Assembly (NCBI GenBank): GCA_009781115.1 | Contig: WQYT01000002.1 | Coordinates: forward strand, 1 to 54,581 | DNA from: Coriobacteriia bacterium | Lineage (GTDB): Bacteria > Actinomycetota > Coriobacteriia > WRKU01 > WQUG01 | Length of the DNA stretch: 54,581 nucleotides | Direction: 5' to 3' | Shown: positions 1 through 7,570 of the stretch, piece after piece | Position numbering within the stretch: position 1 is the stretch's first letter | Layout of the letters: each line of letters begins with the position of its first letter | Made by a program: the position numbers and the translations under genes | The notes under the pieces: model-generated | Databases searched by the model: none | What the model saw: the letters and a program-made list of their open reading frames with translations, nothing else | Told to the model about the DNA's origin: nothing

Positions 1-806
1 AACGTGGCGACATTATCCTCCACCTGTTCCAGAGTTGACATGCCCGAGAGCACCGCCTGAACATTGGGCAGGCTGGCAGCAAAGCGCAGCGCCCAACTTG
101 CGGGGCTTGCCTCAGGGTCGGCTACTTCCAGCAGCTTGGCTGCTGTCTCAGGCAGCGTGGCCAGCGCTCCCCCACGCACCGGCTCCATGACCGTGACCGG
201 GATGTTCAGGCTCGTCAGAAGCTGGTAGGTACCCTCAGCATTTTGCTGGGTCCAGTCCAGGTAGTTCAACTGTATCTGCGCAAAATCCCAGTCATGAGCG
301 TGCGCGATGAAGTCCATGTCCTCGATCGTCGAGTGAAACGAGAATCCCAGCGCACCGATCTTGCCCGCCTTGCGATACTCATCAAGCACCTTGAAAACGC
401 CGACTTCCTCTGCCGTATCAAATCGCGCACGATTCAGCGAATGCATCAGGTAAAGATCGAAATGATCGGTCTGACACTTGCTCAGTTGCTCTTTAAAAGT
501 AGTGCGCACATCATCTTCGGACTTCATGAGCCAGACTGGGCATTTGGTCGCCAGCTTGAAGCTCTCGCGCGGATAGCGCGCGCAGAGCGCCTTGCCCGCA
601 AAGATCTCGCTCTGCCCCTCATGATAAGGCCAGGCGGTATCGAAGTAGGTGACGCCGTGCTCATAGGCATAATCGATCATTTTGAAGCCGAGGTCATAGT
701 CGATCTCTGCGGCGTTGCCCTCGACGATCGGCAGGCGCATCAGCCCGAAGCCAAGCAGTGAGAGCTCGCCGTTTCCTCCCGGGATGCTGCGATGGACTAC
801 GCTCAT
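1..806 (-). CDS. Aldo/keto reductase family oxidoreductase; its 3' end runs off the window start
   Basis: Absent from the ORF track because it is truncated. My minus-strand translation from the ATG (cat at 804-806) reads MSVVHRSIPGGNGELSLLGFGLMRLP..IDYAYEHGVTYFDTAWPYHEGQSE..FKLATK..HFDLYLMHSL..GFSFH, which is AKR-like. The 243..761 + ORF is its antisense shadow. Confidence 0.8.
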   Translation of the reverse strand, partial: MSVVHRSIPGGNGELSLLGFGLMRLPIVEGNAAEIDYDLGFKMIDYAYEHGVTYFDTAWPYHEGQSEIFAGKALCARYPRESFKLATKCPVWLMKSEDDVRTTFKEQLSKCQTDHFDLYLMHSLNRARFDTAEEVGVFKVLDEYRKAGKIGALGFSFHSTIEDMDFIAHAHDWDFAQIQLNYLDWTQQNAEGTYQLLTSLNIPVTVMEPVRGGALATLPETAAKLLEVADPEASPASWALRFAASLPNVQAVLSGMSTLEQVEDNVAT

Positions 807-876
807 GTTATGCCTTCTTTCTCCGTCAGGTGCGACCGGCGCCGAGTTTGAGAGGCGACGCCGGGCGCATATCTTT

Positions 877-1240
877 GAGTTGGCCTGTAAGCGGGGTTCT
901 GTCATTTAAGACGACCATTTATCTGGGAGCAACGTTGCCGCCGCCCTCAAGCGAGCTACCCGAGCGCCGGTCGGGCCGACCGATTGCGCTCCTATACGCT
1001 CTTGCTCCGGATGGGGTTTGCCAAGCCGCCGCGTCTCCGCGACGCTGGTGCGCTCTTACCACACCGTTTCAGCTTTCCTCGCAAGGGGGGTATTTCACAT
1101 TTTGAAGCCCTGCGGGGGTCTTCTTTTCTGTGGCACTTTCCGTCGCGTCACCGCGCCCTGTATCTAACAGGCATCCTGCCCTCTGGAGCCCCGACTTTCC
1201 TCACGAGGGTTACCCCGCGCGCGATCGTCCGTCCAACTCG
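877..1240 (-). ncRNA. rnpB: RNase P RNA, bacterial type A
   Basis: The reverse complement contains GAGGAAAGTCGGGGCTCCAGAGGGCAGG (P4 5' strand), GGTGTGGTAAGAGCGCACCAG, CCATCCGGAGCAAG, GGGTAGCTCGCTTGAGG and ACAGAACCCCGCTTACAGGCCAACTC. P1 pairing is GAGTTGG / CCAACTC at the two ends. The overlapping ORFs there are spurious. Confidence 0.93.
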
Positions 1241-1291
1241 TATTTAAGTGTAGCACGCTGTCTGAGCAGCGCAAGCAATTACAACAGTTCT

Positions 1292-1466
1292 GCCGCCCCG
1301 AACAAGGCGCGCCGGGTCGTCGCGCCCTACAGTGCGGTTACCAATCAGAACATCTCCAGCTAACGCCAGCATATTTGTAGAGCGCCCGGAAACAGTCCAG
1401 CGGGCTGTTTTCAGCGAAACAAGTGCCAGCCCCGCGACGACCTGGCGCGCCATGTTCGGGCTGGCG
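1292..1466. repeat. Long-hairpin REP/MITE-like element, copy A; the right arm is interrupted
   Basis: The left arm AACAAGGCGCGCCGGGTCGTCGCGCCCTACAG (1301-1332) is identical to 7391-7422. The right-arm remnants are TGTAGAGCGCC (1376-1386) and GCGACGACCTGGCGCGCC (1434-1451), split by about 47 nt. The outer pairing is CCCGAACAAGG / CATGTTCGGG. The element abuts the fetB stop codon. Confidence 0.8.
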
Positions 1467-2249
1467 CTATAGCTGCATTTGTGCGCGCTTGTTGTAGAGT
1501 GTCCGGTAGCCAAAGAACAGCGAGCAGAACACTGCCAGGCAGGTCACCGCGCTGATAGCGATCAATATCGCGATCTGGTAGAGGATGGCGGTCATCGGCA
1601 TTGTGCCGGAAAGAATCTGTCCGGTCATCATGCCTGGCAGCGAGATGATACCCATGCCAATCATCGAGTTCAGCGTTGGCAAAAGCGCCGTCTCAAGCGC
1701 CTGATTGACAAAGGGGATGAGAATTTTCTGCGGCGTCGCTCCTATATTGACGAGCGTCTCGATCCGGGTACGCTGGGCGTGCGTACTCTCCGTGAAGGTG
1801 CGCAGACCCAGGCTGACGCCGGTCATCGCGTTGCCGATGATCATGCCACTGATAGGTATTGTGTATTGCGCGTTGAACAGATTGACGCCGACCACCACCA
1901 CAATAAAGAAGCAGACGATGATCAGGCCGGTAGACGCAAGCGAGGCGCCTACGATCACCTGGAAGCGCCGGTTAAGGCCCTTGTTACGCGCCAGCGCCGT
2001 ATAGATAGCAAATGCGGTCATCACCATCAGATAGGCCACCGTAAACCACGGGCTCGGGTGTTTGAGGATGTAGGTGAGCACCAGGCCAGCAATCACCAGT
2101 TGCACGGTCATGCGCAGACTGGCCACAACCAGCAGCTTAGTCTGATTGATCTGGCTCTTTTTCATGACGATAAGCACCACGATCAGCAGCAGATAGATCA
2201 GCGCAAACTGCCAGAGGTTGAGCGTGATGATGTGGTTCATGCTAGTCAC
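1467..2249 (-). CDS. fetB: Iron export ABC transporter permease, FetB/YbbM (UPF0014) family
   Basis: 260-aa polytopic membrane ORF with FetB-like segments (IPISGMIIGNAMT, LGATPKQ-like GATPQKI, SLPGMMTGQI). It lies directly downstream of the partner ATPase. The start is more likely the ATG at 2240 (MNHIITL), 1 nt after the fetA stop, than the GTG at 2249. Confidence 0.8.
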   Translation of the reverse strand: MTSMNHIITLNLWQFALIYLLLIVVLIVMKKSQINQTKLLVVASLRMTVQLVIAGLVLTYILKHPSPWFTVAYLMVMTAFAIYTALARNKGLNRRFQVIVGASLASTGLIIVCFFIVVVVGVNLFNAQYTIPISGMIIGNAMTGVSLGLRTFTESTHAQRTRIETLVNIGATPQKILIPFVNQALETALLPTLNSMIGMGIISLPGMMTGQILSGTMPMTAILYQIAILIAISAVTCLAVFCSLFFGYRTLYNKRAQMQL

Positions 2250-2991
2250 GACGATCCCCTGCGCCGTCCGATGACAAAATTACCCCTGGGGTAATTTTGT
2301 CATATTCATGGTGGCCGAGACCGAGACCGCCGCTTGCAAGCATAATGGTGTGATCGGCGAAGTCAGCCACCAGCGCGCTGCTGTGCGACACGACTATCAG
2401 CGTAATCCCCTGCTTGGCGCAAAACGCCTTGAGGCGCGCCATCATCGTGTGCGCCGTAGCGTCATCCAGCGCGCTCGTGGGCTCGTCAAGCAGCAACACC
2501 TGCGGGCGAAACGACAGACAGATCGCAATGAAGACACGCTGGCGCTCCCCACCCGAAAGAGTGAGGCAATCCGCCTCCAGGTCGAAGTCGGCCGCACAGA
2601 GCTCCAGGTATTCCCGCATCTGCCCCGGGTCAGGCGCAGGCCTTCCCCGGTAGCGATAAAACTCAGCAAAGTTATCCTGCACGCTGCCGTCAAAAAGATA
2701 GGGCGCCTGCCCGCAAAGCAGCACCTCGCGGCGAAGCTCCACCGGATCATAGTCTTCAAGAGATTTGCCGTTGTAATAGATATCTCCCCGTAAAGCCGAA
2801 ATCGATCCATTCATCAGCTTTAACAAGGTTGTCTTGCCCGAACCACTCTCCCCGCTGATCGAGGTAAGCGATCCTTGTTCTATCTCGATGAACGGATAGT
2901 GGATCAGGTCTTCAAAAACGACCTCTCTCAGTTCGATGAGCGCCATAGCCAGAACTAGCTGTTCCCGGTCGTTTTGCCGTATTTTATGCAC
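2242..2991 (-). CDS. fetA: ABC transporter ATP-binding protein, FetA/YbbL family
   Basis: Walker A GESGSGKTT, signature LSGGERQR, Walker B LLLDEPTSALD, H-loop VSHS. The alternative ATG start at 2946 (MALIELREV) is plausible. The C-terminal 20 aa are encoded by the palindrome and the spacer. Confidence 0.85.
   Translation of the reverse strand: MHKIRQNDREQLVLAMALIELREVVFEDLIHYPFIEIEQGSLTSISGESGSGKTTLLKLMNGSISALRGDIYYNGKSLEDYDPVELRREVLLCGQAPYLFDGSVQDNFAEFYRYRGRPAPDPGQMREYLELCAADFDLEADCLTLSGGERQRVFIAICLSFRPQVLLLDEPTSALDDATAHTMMARLKAFCAKQGITLIVVSHSSALVADFADHTIMLASGGLGLGHHEYDKITPGVILSSDGAGDRRD
2272..2302. repeat. Perfect 31-bp palindrome TGACAAAATTACCCCTGGGGTAATTTTGTCA inside the fetA 3' coding end
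   Basis: 15+1+15 perfect inverted repeat read directly from the sequence. A near-identical copy is at 40908-40938. Relatives are at 43500-43528 and 17469-17497. Confidence 0.9.
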
Positions 2992-3142
2992 TGTCCCATA
3001 CGAACCTTCCGCTACTCACAACCCCTCTGCAAGGTGCCCTCTGCTACATTATACCGACGTAGCTCGCTCTTTGTCAGGCTTCTGGTGGCGCTTAGTAAGC
3101 TTACTGGGCGTTTGCATTATGCGGACACCTGTGCGCCTCTGC

Positions 3143-3158
3143 TATACTGGGGAGTATG
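3143..3158 (+). promoter_or_regulatory. Candidate -10 box (TATACT) 7 nt upstream of the dinB ATG; possible leaderless transcript
   Basis: TATACT lies at 3143-3148 and the ATG at 3156. There is no well-spaced SD and I found no convincing -35. Confidence 0.25.
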
Positions 3159-4463
3159 GCAGACGTGGATTACAGAGCACAGATAGCGCTTTTTGAGGGG
3201 CATCGCTGGGAGGGGCGTGCAATCATTCATCTTGACCTGGATGCGTTTTTTGCGAGCGTGGCGCAGCTTGATGATCCGGAGCTGCGCGGCAAGCCGGTCA
3301 TCGTGGGCGGCGATGCCTCACGGCGTGGCGTGGTGTCTACGGCCAGCTACGAGGCGCGCGCCTTTGGGGTGCATTCTGCCATGAGCTCTAAGATTGCCGA
3401 GCGCCTCTGCCCCCAGGCGATCTGGGTGCGTCCGGATTTTACGCGCTATCACGAGCTTTCCGGACAGGTCTTCGACATTTTGCGCAGCTACACGCCCGCG
3501 GTGCGCCCCGTCTCGATCGACGAAGCTTTTGCCGATATCACGCCTGACAGCTTTGAGCCCCGCCACCCCGCAGCGATTGCCGCTGAGATCCTGGCGCGGG
3601 TCGCCGCGCTGGGCATCACGGGATCGATCGGGCTTTCGACCTCGATGACGGTCTCTAAGGTTGGCTCCGACTTCCAGAAACCGCGCGGGCTGACGGTTGT
3701 CGAGCCGGGTACGGAGGCGGCGTTTCTGGCTCCCCTGCCCGTCCGGAAAATGAGCGGGATCGGTCCAAAAGCCGCGCAGAAGCTCCACCAGCTGGGAGTC
3801 GAGACGCTTGGACAGCTCGCCGCCACTCCCTTAGATGACCTGCGCCCGATCTTTGGATCGCTGACGGAGCAGTTTCACGACCGCGCCGGCGGCATCGATG
3901 TGCGTCCGGTAACCACCGACGATCCGGTCAAATCCGTCAGTAACGAGAACACCTATCCGCGCGACCTGCATACGCGCGAAGACATCGACGAGGCGCTGCG
4001 TGCGCTGGCCGCTCACGTGGGAAGGCGCCTGCGCCAGCAAAACCTCAAAGGCCGCACGCTCTCTCTGAAGGTGCGCTACGGTGACTTCAGCACCAAAGTA
4101 GTCAGCCGCACCTATGACCCGCCCTTCAATAATGAGCGGATTTTTCTGCCCTGGGTTCTGGGGATGTTTACCGCTATCTGGCCTGCGGGACGCGGCGTGC
4201 GCCTGCTCGGCGTTGGCGTTTCGAACTTTACCGCAGACCGCGAGCAGCTCGGCCTGTTTGACACGGACGCAGCCGAGGAGCGCGCCTCGCACGAACAACT
4301 GGTGAGCAAGCTGGACTCTATCAGGGATAAGTTTGGCGAGGACGCCCTGCTCAGCGGGCGCCGCTTGCTCGATACGCAAGGCGCGCAACAGGAGACTCCC
4401 ACACCGCCACCTCAGCGACCGTCACACGGGGATCAACCGTCTTTGCCAGACGCTCGTAGATGA
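3156..4463 (+). CDS. dinB: DNA polymerase IV (Y-family)
   Basis: The 435-aa ORF begins ..IIHLDLDAFFASVAQLDDPELRGKPVIVGG and contains SIDEAF and the little-finger region. One of only two confident plus-strand genes in the window. Its 3' end overlaps the convergent gene by 113 nt. Confidence 0.9.
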   Translation: MADVDYRAQIALFEGHRWEGRAIIHLDLDAFFASVAQLDDPELRGKPVIVGGDASRRGVVSTASYEARAFGVHSAMSSKIAERLCPQAIWVRPDFTRYHELSGQVFDILRSYTPAVRPVSIDEAFADITPDSFEPRHPAAIAAEILARVAALGITGSIGLSTSMTVSKVGSDFQKPRGLTVVEPGTEAAFLAPLPVRKMSGIGPKAAQKLHQLGVETLGQLAATPLDDLRPIFGSLTEQFHDRAGGIDVRPVTTDDPVKSVSNENTYPRDLHTREDIDEALRALAAHVGRRLRQQNLKGRTLSLKVRYGDFSTKVVSRTYDPPFNNERIFLPWVLGMFTAIWPAGRGVRLLGVGVSNFTADREQLGLFDTDAAEERASHEQLVSKLDSIRDKFGEDALLSGRRLLDTQGAQQETPTPPPQRPSHGDQPSLPDARR

Positions 4464-5313
4464 TGCGCGCAAGGTTTTCTGCCGTAGGGCTCAGCTCGTC
4501 AAAGGGCTTTACTTCGTTGAGATAGTGGTGGTCGTAGTCCGCCAGCACCGCGCGTAGATCATCTTTGAGTGACTTGAAGTCATAGATGATGCCGATATCA
4601 TCAAGTTGGCTGCCCGAGACCGTCACTTCGATGTCCCAGGTATGCCCATGCAGCTCGCGACACGGTCCGGGGTAGCCGTAGAGGCTGTGTGCGGCGTCGA
4701 AGTGCTCCTTGACCGTCAGATCATAGGTGGCGCCCGCCGAAGCCCTCTGAGCGGCTCCAGAGGCCTGGGAGGGCCCTGTTGTGAAGTCTTCTGCGGGGAA
4801 AAGGCCGGGTGATGTTGGCGTATAGGGGACAGAGGGCTCCCCCACCTCCGCGCGCGCGTCAAGGGCCTGGTTGACCAGCGCGTCGGCCTCGCAATTGTCC
4901 GCGCGCAGGACATGTTCCGGCGTCCAGGACGTAAAGCCAGAAAGCAGGGCCTGCACGCGCGCGGCAAGCGCCTTAAGCCCCGGGTTCTTGACTTTATAGA
5001 TACCCGCGACCTGCTTGATCATCAGCTCGCTGTCGGCGATCATCTTTATACTTTGGGCGCCCAGCGCACGGGCGTTTTCCAGGCCCCAGATGAGCGCCTC
5101 ATACTCAGCTACATTGTTCGTGGTGGTCCCGATAAACGCGCCGCCGCAGGCAACTTCAACGCTTCCCCGCTCCAGCACAAATCCAATGCCGGAAGGGCCC
5201 GGGTTGCCGCGCGAGCCTCCGTCGGTATGCAAAATAAAGCTCTGGGCCTGTTCCGGCTGCCCCGGTTGCTCCGATGCCTCCGTCTGCCCGGTCTGTTCAA
5301 GATTATCGGTCAT
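4351..5313 (-). CDS. Bifunctional fusion: N-terminal RNase HI domain plus C-terminal 6-carboxytetrahydropterin synthase (QueD/PTPS) domain
   Basis: N-terminal half: LHTDGGSRGNPGPSG, NNVAEYEAL, IADSELMIKQ, ADNCEADAL (the DEDD residues). C-terminal half: FDAAHSL, PCRELHGHTWDIEV (the CxxxHGH motif), DYDHHYLNE. A Pro/Ala/Gly-rich linker joins the two halves. Confidence 0.8.
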   Translation of the reverse strand: MTDNLEQTGQTEASEQPGQPEQAQSFILHTDGGSRGNPGPSGIGFVLERGSVEVACGGAFIGTTTNNVAEYEALIWGLENARALGAQSIKMIADSELMIKQVAGIYKVKNPGLKALAARVQALLSGFTSWTPEHVLRADNCEADALVNQALDARAEVGEPSVPYTPTSPGLFPAEDFTTGPSQASGAAQRASAGATYDLTVKEHFDAAHSLYGYPGPCRELHGHTWDIEVTVSGSQLDDIGIIYDFKSLKDDLRAVLADYDHHYLNEVKPFDELSPTAENLARIIYERLAKTVDPRVTVAEVAVWESPVARLAYRASGAR

Positions 5314-5317
5314 GGTA

Positions 5318-6037
5318 TTACTCCACTACTAACAGCCGGCGACAATGCGGGCAGGCCTCGATCTCATCACTTGCCTCGATACGGGCGCGCTCACCGGTGG
5401 GCGGCACGATCGAACACCCCAGGCAGTGCCCCTTTTCAAAGCGCGCCACGGCGACCCCGCCTTTTTCTTCTACCAGCGCATCATAGCGCGCAAGCAAGTC
5501 GGCAGAAAGCGCGGCGGTGATCGTTGCCCGCTGCGCGTCTAGCTCCGAAAGCTCCGCTTTCAGACGGGCGGCCTGCTCCCGGTAGCTCGCGATCTCTGAT
5601 TGCTCGCGACTTGCCAGGGCGGCGATCTTTTCTTCCGTGTCGGTCCGCAGGTTTTCAAGATCCTGCTGCGCCTGCAAGAACTCCAGGCTCTCGGTTTCCA
5701 GCGCGTCCTTACGCTTGGCGAGCGTATCAAGTTCCTGGGTCAGCGCGCTGACCTCGCGGTGATCGGTCGTCGCATCGATCCGGGCCTGTTCTGCGGCAAT
5801 TTTATCCTCGACTATAGCGAGGCTGTCGCTGAGCGCTTTCTCGCGACCGCGCGCCTCGGCAATCCTGCCGTCGATCAAGGCGGTGCGCTGAACGCCCTCC
5901 TCCTGCTTGGCGCGCAGGGCCATGACCGTGCGCTTCTGGGGCAAAGTCTCGATTGCCTCAGCGGCCTGACGTCGCCTGCCATCAAGGTCCTGGAGCGCCA
6001 ACAGACGCTGTCCGCATCGCCTGAGTTCCTCACTCAT
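5318..6037 (-). CDS. Coiled-coil / C4 zinc-ribbon protein (COG1579 family)
   Basis: Long heptad-rich region followed by GHCLGCSIVPP....ACPHCRRLLV. It occupies the conserved position between nif3 and the RNase H gene, as in other actinobacteria. Confidence 0.8.
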   Translation of the reverse strand: MSEELRRCGQRLLALQDLDGRRRQAAEAIETLPQKRTVMALRAKQEEGVQRTALIDGRIAEARGREKALSDSLAIVEDKIAAEQARIDATTDHREVSALTQELDTLAKRKDALETESLEFLQAQQDLENLRTDTEEKIAALASREQSEIASYREQAARLKAELSELDAQRATITAALSADLLARYDALVEEKGGVAVARFEKGHCLGCSIVPPTGERARIEASDEIEACPHCRRLLVVE

Positions 6038-6875
6038 GAATCGAATCCTTTGCTGTAATAATCTGCGAGGGGAGGTCGCGCTCCAGCAGCGTGACGCTTA
6101 CCTCGCGGTCCGCATACTCTACTGTCAGCGTATCACAGAGGAGTGCCGCCAGGGGCCACTCGCTTACGTCATGGCCCAGCTCGATGCAGGAAAGCCCGCG
6201 GTCGCGCGCCTCGATGAGCTGGTGATACTTCAGCTCGCCGGTGATCAGCAGGTCTGCGCCCGCCTCAATCGCGGCCTCTGTCGCGTCCCCGCCTGCGCCC
6301 GTTGCGGTTGCGATCTTTGTGGGCGCGGCCGTCAGCGCCGGCGCCCGCGTCAGGCGCACGGGCGCTTGATGGTGCCGGACCAGAAGGCCGGCAATCTGCT
6401 CGACGGTCAAAGGGCGCGCAGGCGCCCAGAGCTGCGCGAAGGCTGGCGGCGCCTGTTCCTGCCCGTCGCGCGCGCCGCCCAGCGGCCCGCAGGAAGTAAG
6501 CGGCAGGCCAGCGCCCAGACTGAGGCGCGCCTTCTCGCTTGCGTCAAGGTTCGTGTGGCAGGCAATCAGGGCGATCTCCAGCCCACGCGCAACCGCTTCA
6601 AGCACAAGGCCGTAGGCAGGGATCGCATCCGGCTCTGGTTGCAGATAGGTGGGGTGATGCGTCACCAACAGATCGGCGCCTGCCTGGCGGGCGCGCGAGA
6701 GTGTCTCGACGCACGGGTCAAGCGCGCAGACGATGCGCTTGACCGGGCGCGCGGGATCACCCGAGAGCAGCCCGACGCGGTCCCAGGCCTCAGCCTCTGC
6801 CAGCGGAAACTGCGCGTCCAGGACGTCCAGCACGTCTGCGACGGTAACGTCCTGGTCCGGTAGCTTGCCAGACAT
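6030..6875 (-). CDS. Nif3-like dinuclear metal centre protein (GTP cyclohydrolase 1 type 2 homologue)
   Basis: The 281-aa ORF contains VGLLSGDP, DLLVTHHP, ACHTNLDA and ELGHDVSE, which match the Nif3/YbgI family. Confidence 0.85.
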   Translation of the reverse strand: MSGKLPDQDVTVADVLDVLDAQFPLAEAEAWDRVGLLSGDPARPVKRIVCALDPCVETLSRARQAGADLLVTHHPTYLQPEPDAIPAYGLVLEAVARGLEIALIACHTNLDASEKARLSLGAGLPLTSCGPLGGARDGQEQAPPAFAQLWAPARPLTVEQIAGLLVRHHQAPVRLTRAPALTAAPTKIATATGAGGDATEAAIEAGADLLITGELKYHQLIEARDRGLSCIELGHDVSEWPLAALLCDTLTVEYADREVSVTLLERDLPSQIITAKDSIHE

Positions 6876-6881
6876 TACGCT

Positions 6882-7349
6882 CTACTCGTCTGCGTCTGCG
6901 TCCTCACCGGGTTCTTCTTCTGCGTGAGGATCGAAGTTTGGGTCGGCGCTTTTGATCTCTCCGGAAAGTGGCTCGCGACCGTGTTTTTTCAGGTAGTCGT
7001 CAACGGCGACTTTCAGGCCGTCGGTAGCAAGCACCGAGCAGTGCATCTTGACTGCCGGCAACCCATCAAGCTCGTCGGCCACGTCCTGCTTGCTGATCCT
7101 GACGGCGTCCTGAATCTTCTGGCCGCGGACCAGATCGGTCACCATCGAAGAGGTGGCGATAGCCGCGCCGCATCCCAGGGTCTGGAACTTGGCGTCGGTG
7201 ATCGTGTCATTGTCATCAACGCTGATCGTGATGTTCATGATGTCGCCGCAGACGGGGTTTCCGACCTCGCCTTCCCCGTCGGGGTTCTCAATTTTGCCCA
7301 CGTTATGCGGGTTACGAAAGTGCTCCATCACCTTTTCTGAATATATCAT
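6882..7349 (-). CDS. iscU: Fe-S cluster assembly scaffold IscU/NifU with an acidic C-terminal tail
   Basis: MIYSEKVMEHFRNPHNVG..GNPVCGDIM..LGCGAAIATSS..KMHCSVLA carries the three Cys ligands. I trimmed the start to the ATG at 7349, which is preceded by AAAGGA. The longer track ORF (to 7553) reads through the repeat-bearing spacer. Confidence 0.88.
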   Translation of the reverse strand: MIYSEKVMEHFRNPHNVGKIENPDGEGEVGNPVCGDIMNITISVDDNDTITDAKFQTLGCGAAIATSSMVTDLVRGQKIQDAVRISKQDVADELDGLPAVKMHCSVLATDGLKVAVDDYLKKHGREPLSGEIKSADPNFDPHAEEEPGEDADADE

Positions 7350-7390
7350 CGCTGGTCCTTTCAGTCTTAATGCTCGGTTAGTTTTGACCG

Positions 7391-7422
7391 AACAAGGCGC
7401 GCCGGGTCGTCGCGCCCTACAG
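7391..7422. repeat. Solo arm of the long-hairpin element, copy B
   Basis: A 32-mer identical to 1301-1332, in the 221-bp nifS-iscU spacer. I could not recognise a convincing partner arm. Confidence 0.8.
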
Positions 7423-7570
7423 GGTCTTTGCTTATTCGCACCACCTCGGCTGACGCCTGACGGTTTCTTTGTTCCTACCCAGTCATCCTGCACGTAGTCG
7501 CAGGATCCAGTCCTTCTTTTCCTGACCTGAATTCTGCGACTTCGCGCAGACAAGGGCGGAAGCAGGCGCG

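Noticed and set aside
2992-3155. LexA/SOS box upstream of dinB and recA
   Set aside because: Only an isolated CGAAC half-site (about 3010) is present. There is no GAAC-N4-GTTC or TCGAAC-N4-GTTCGA palindrome in either leader.
6882-7553. Full 223-aa version of the IscU ORF, and the 157-aa version of the DtxR ORF (46171..46644)
   Set aside because: The N-terminal extensions are Arg-rich or nonsense-like. In the IscU case the extension reads through the repeat element. Conserved family N-termini begin at the internal ATGs (7349 and 46530).
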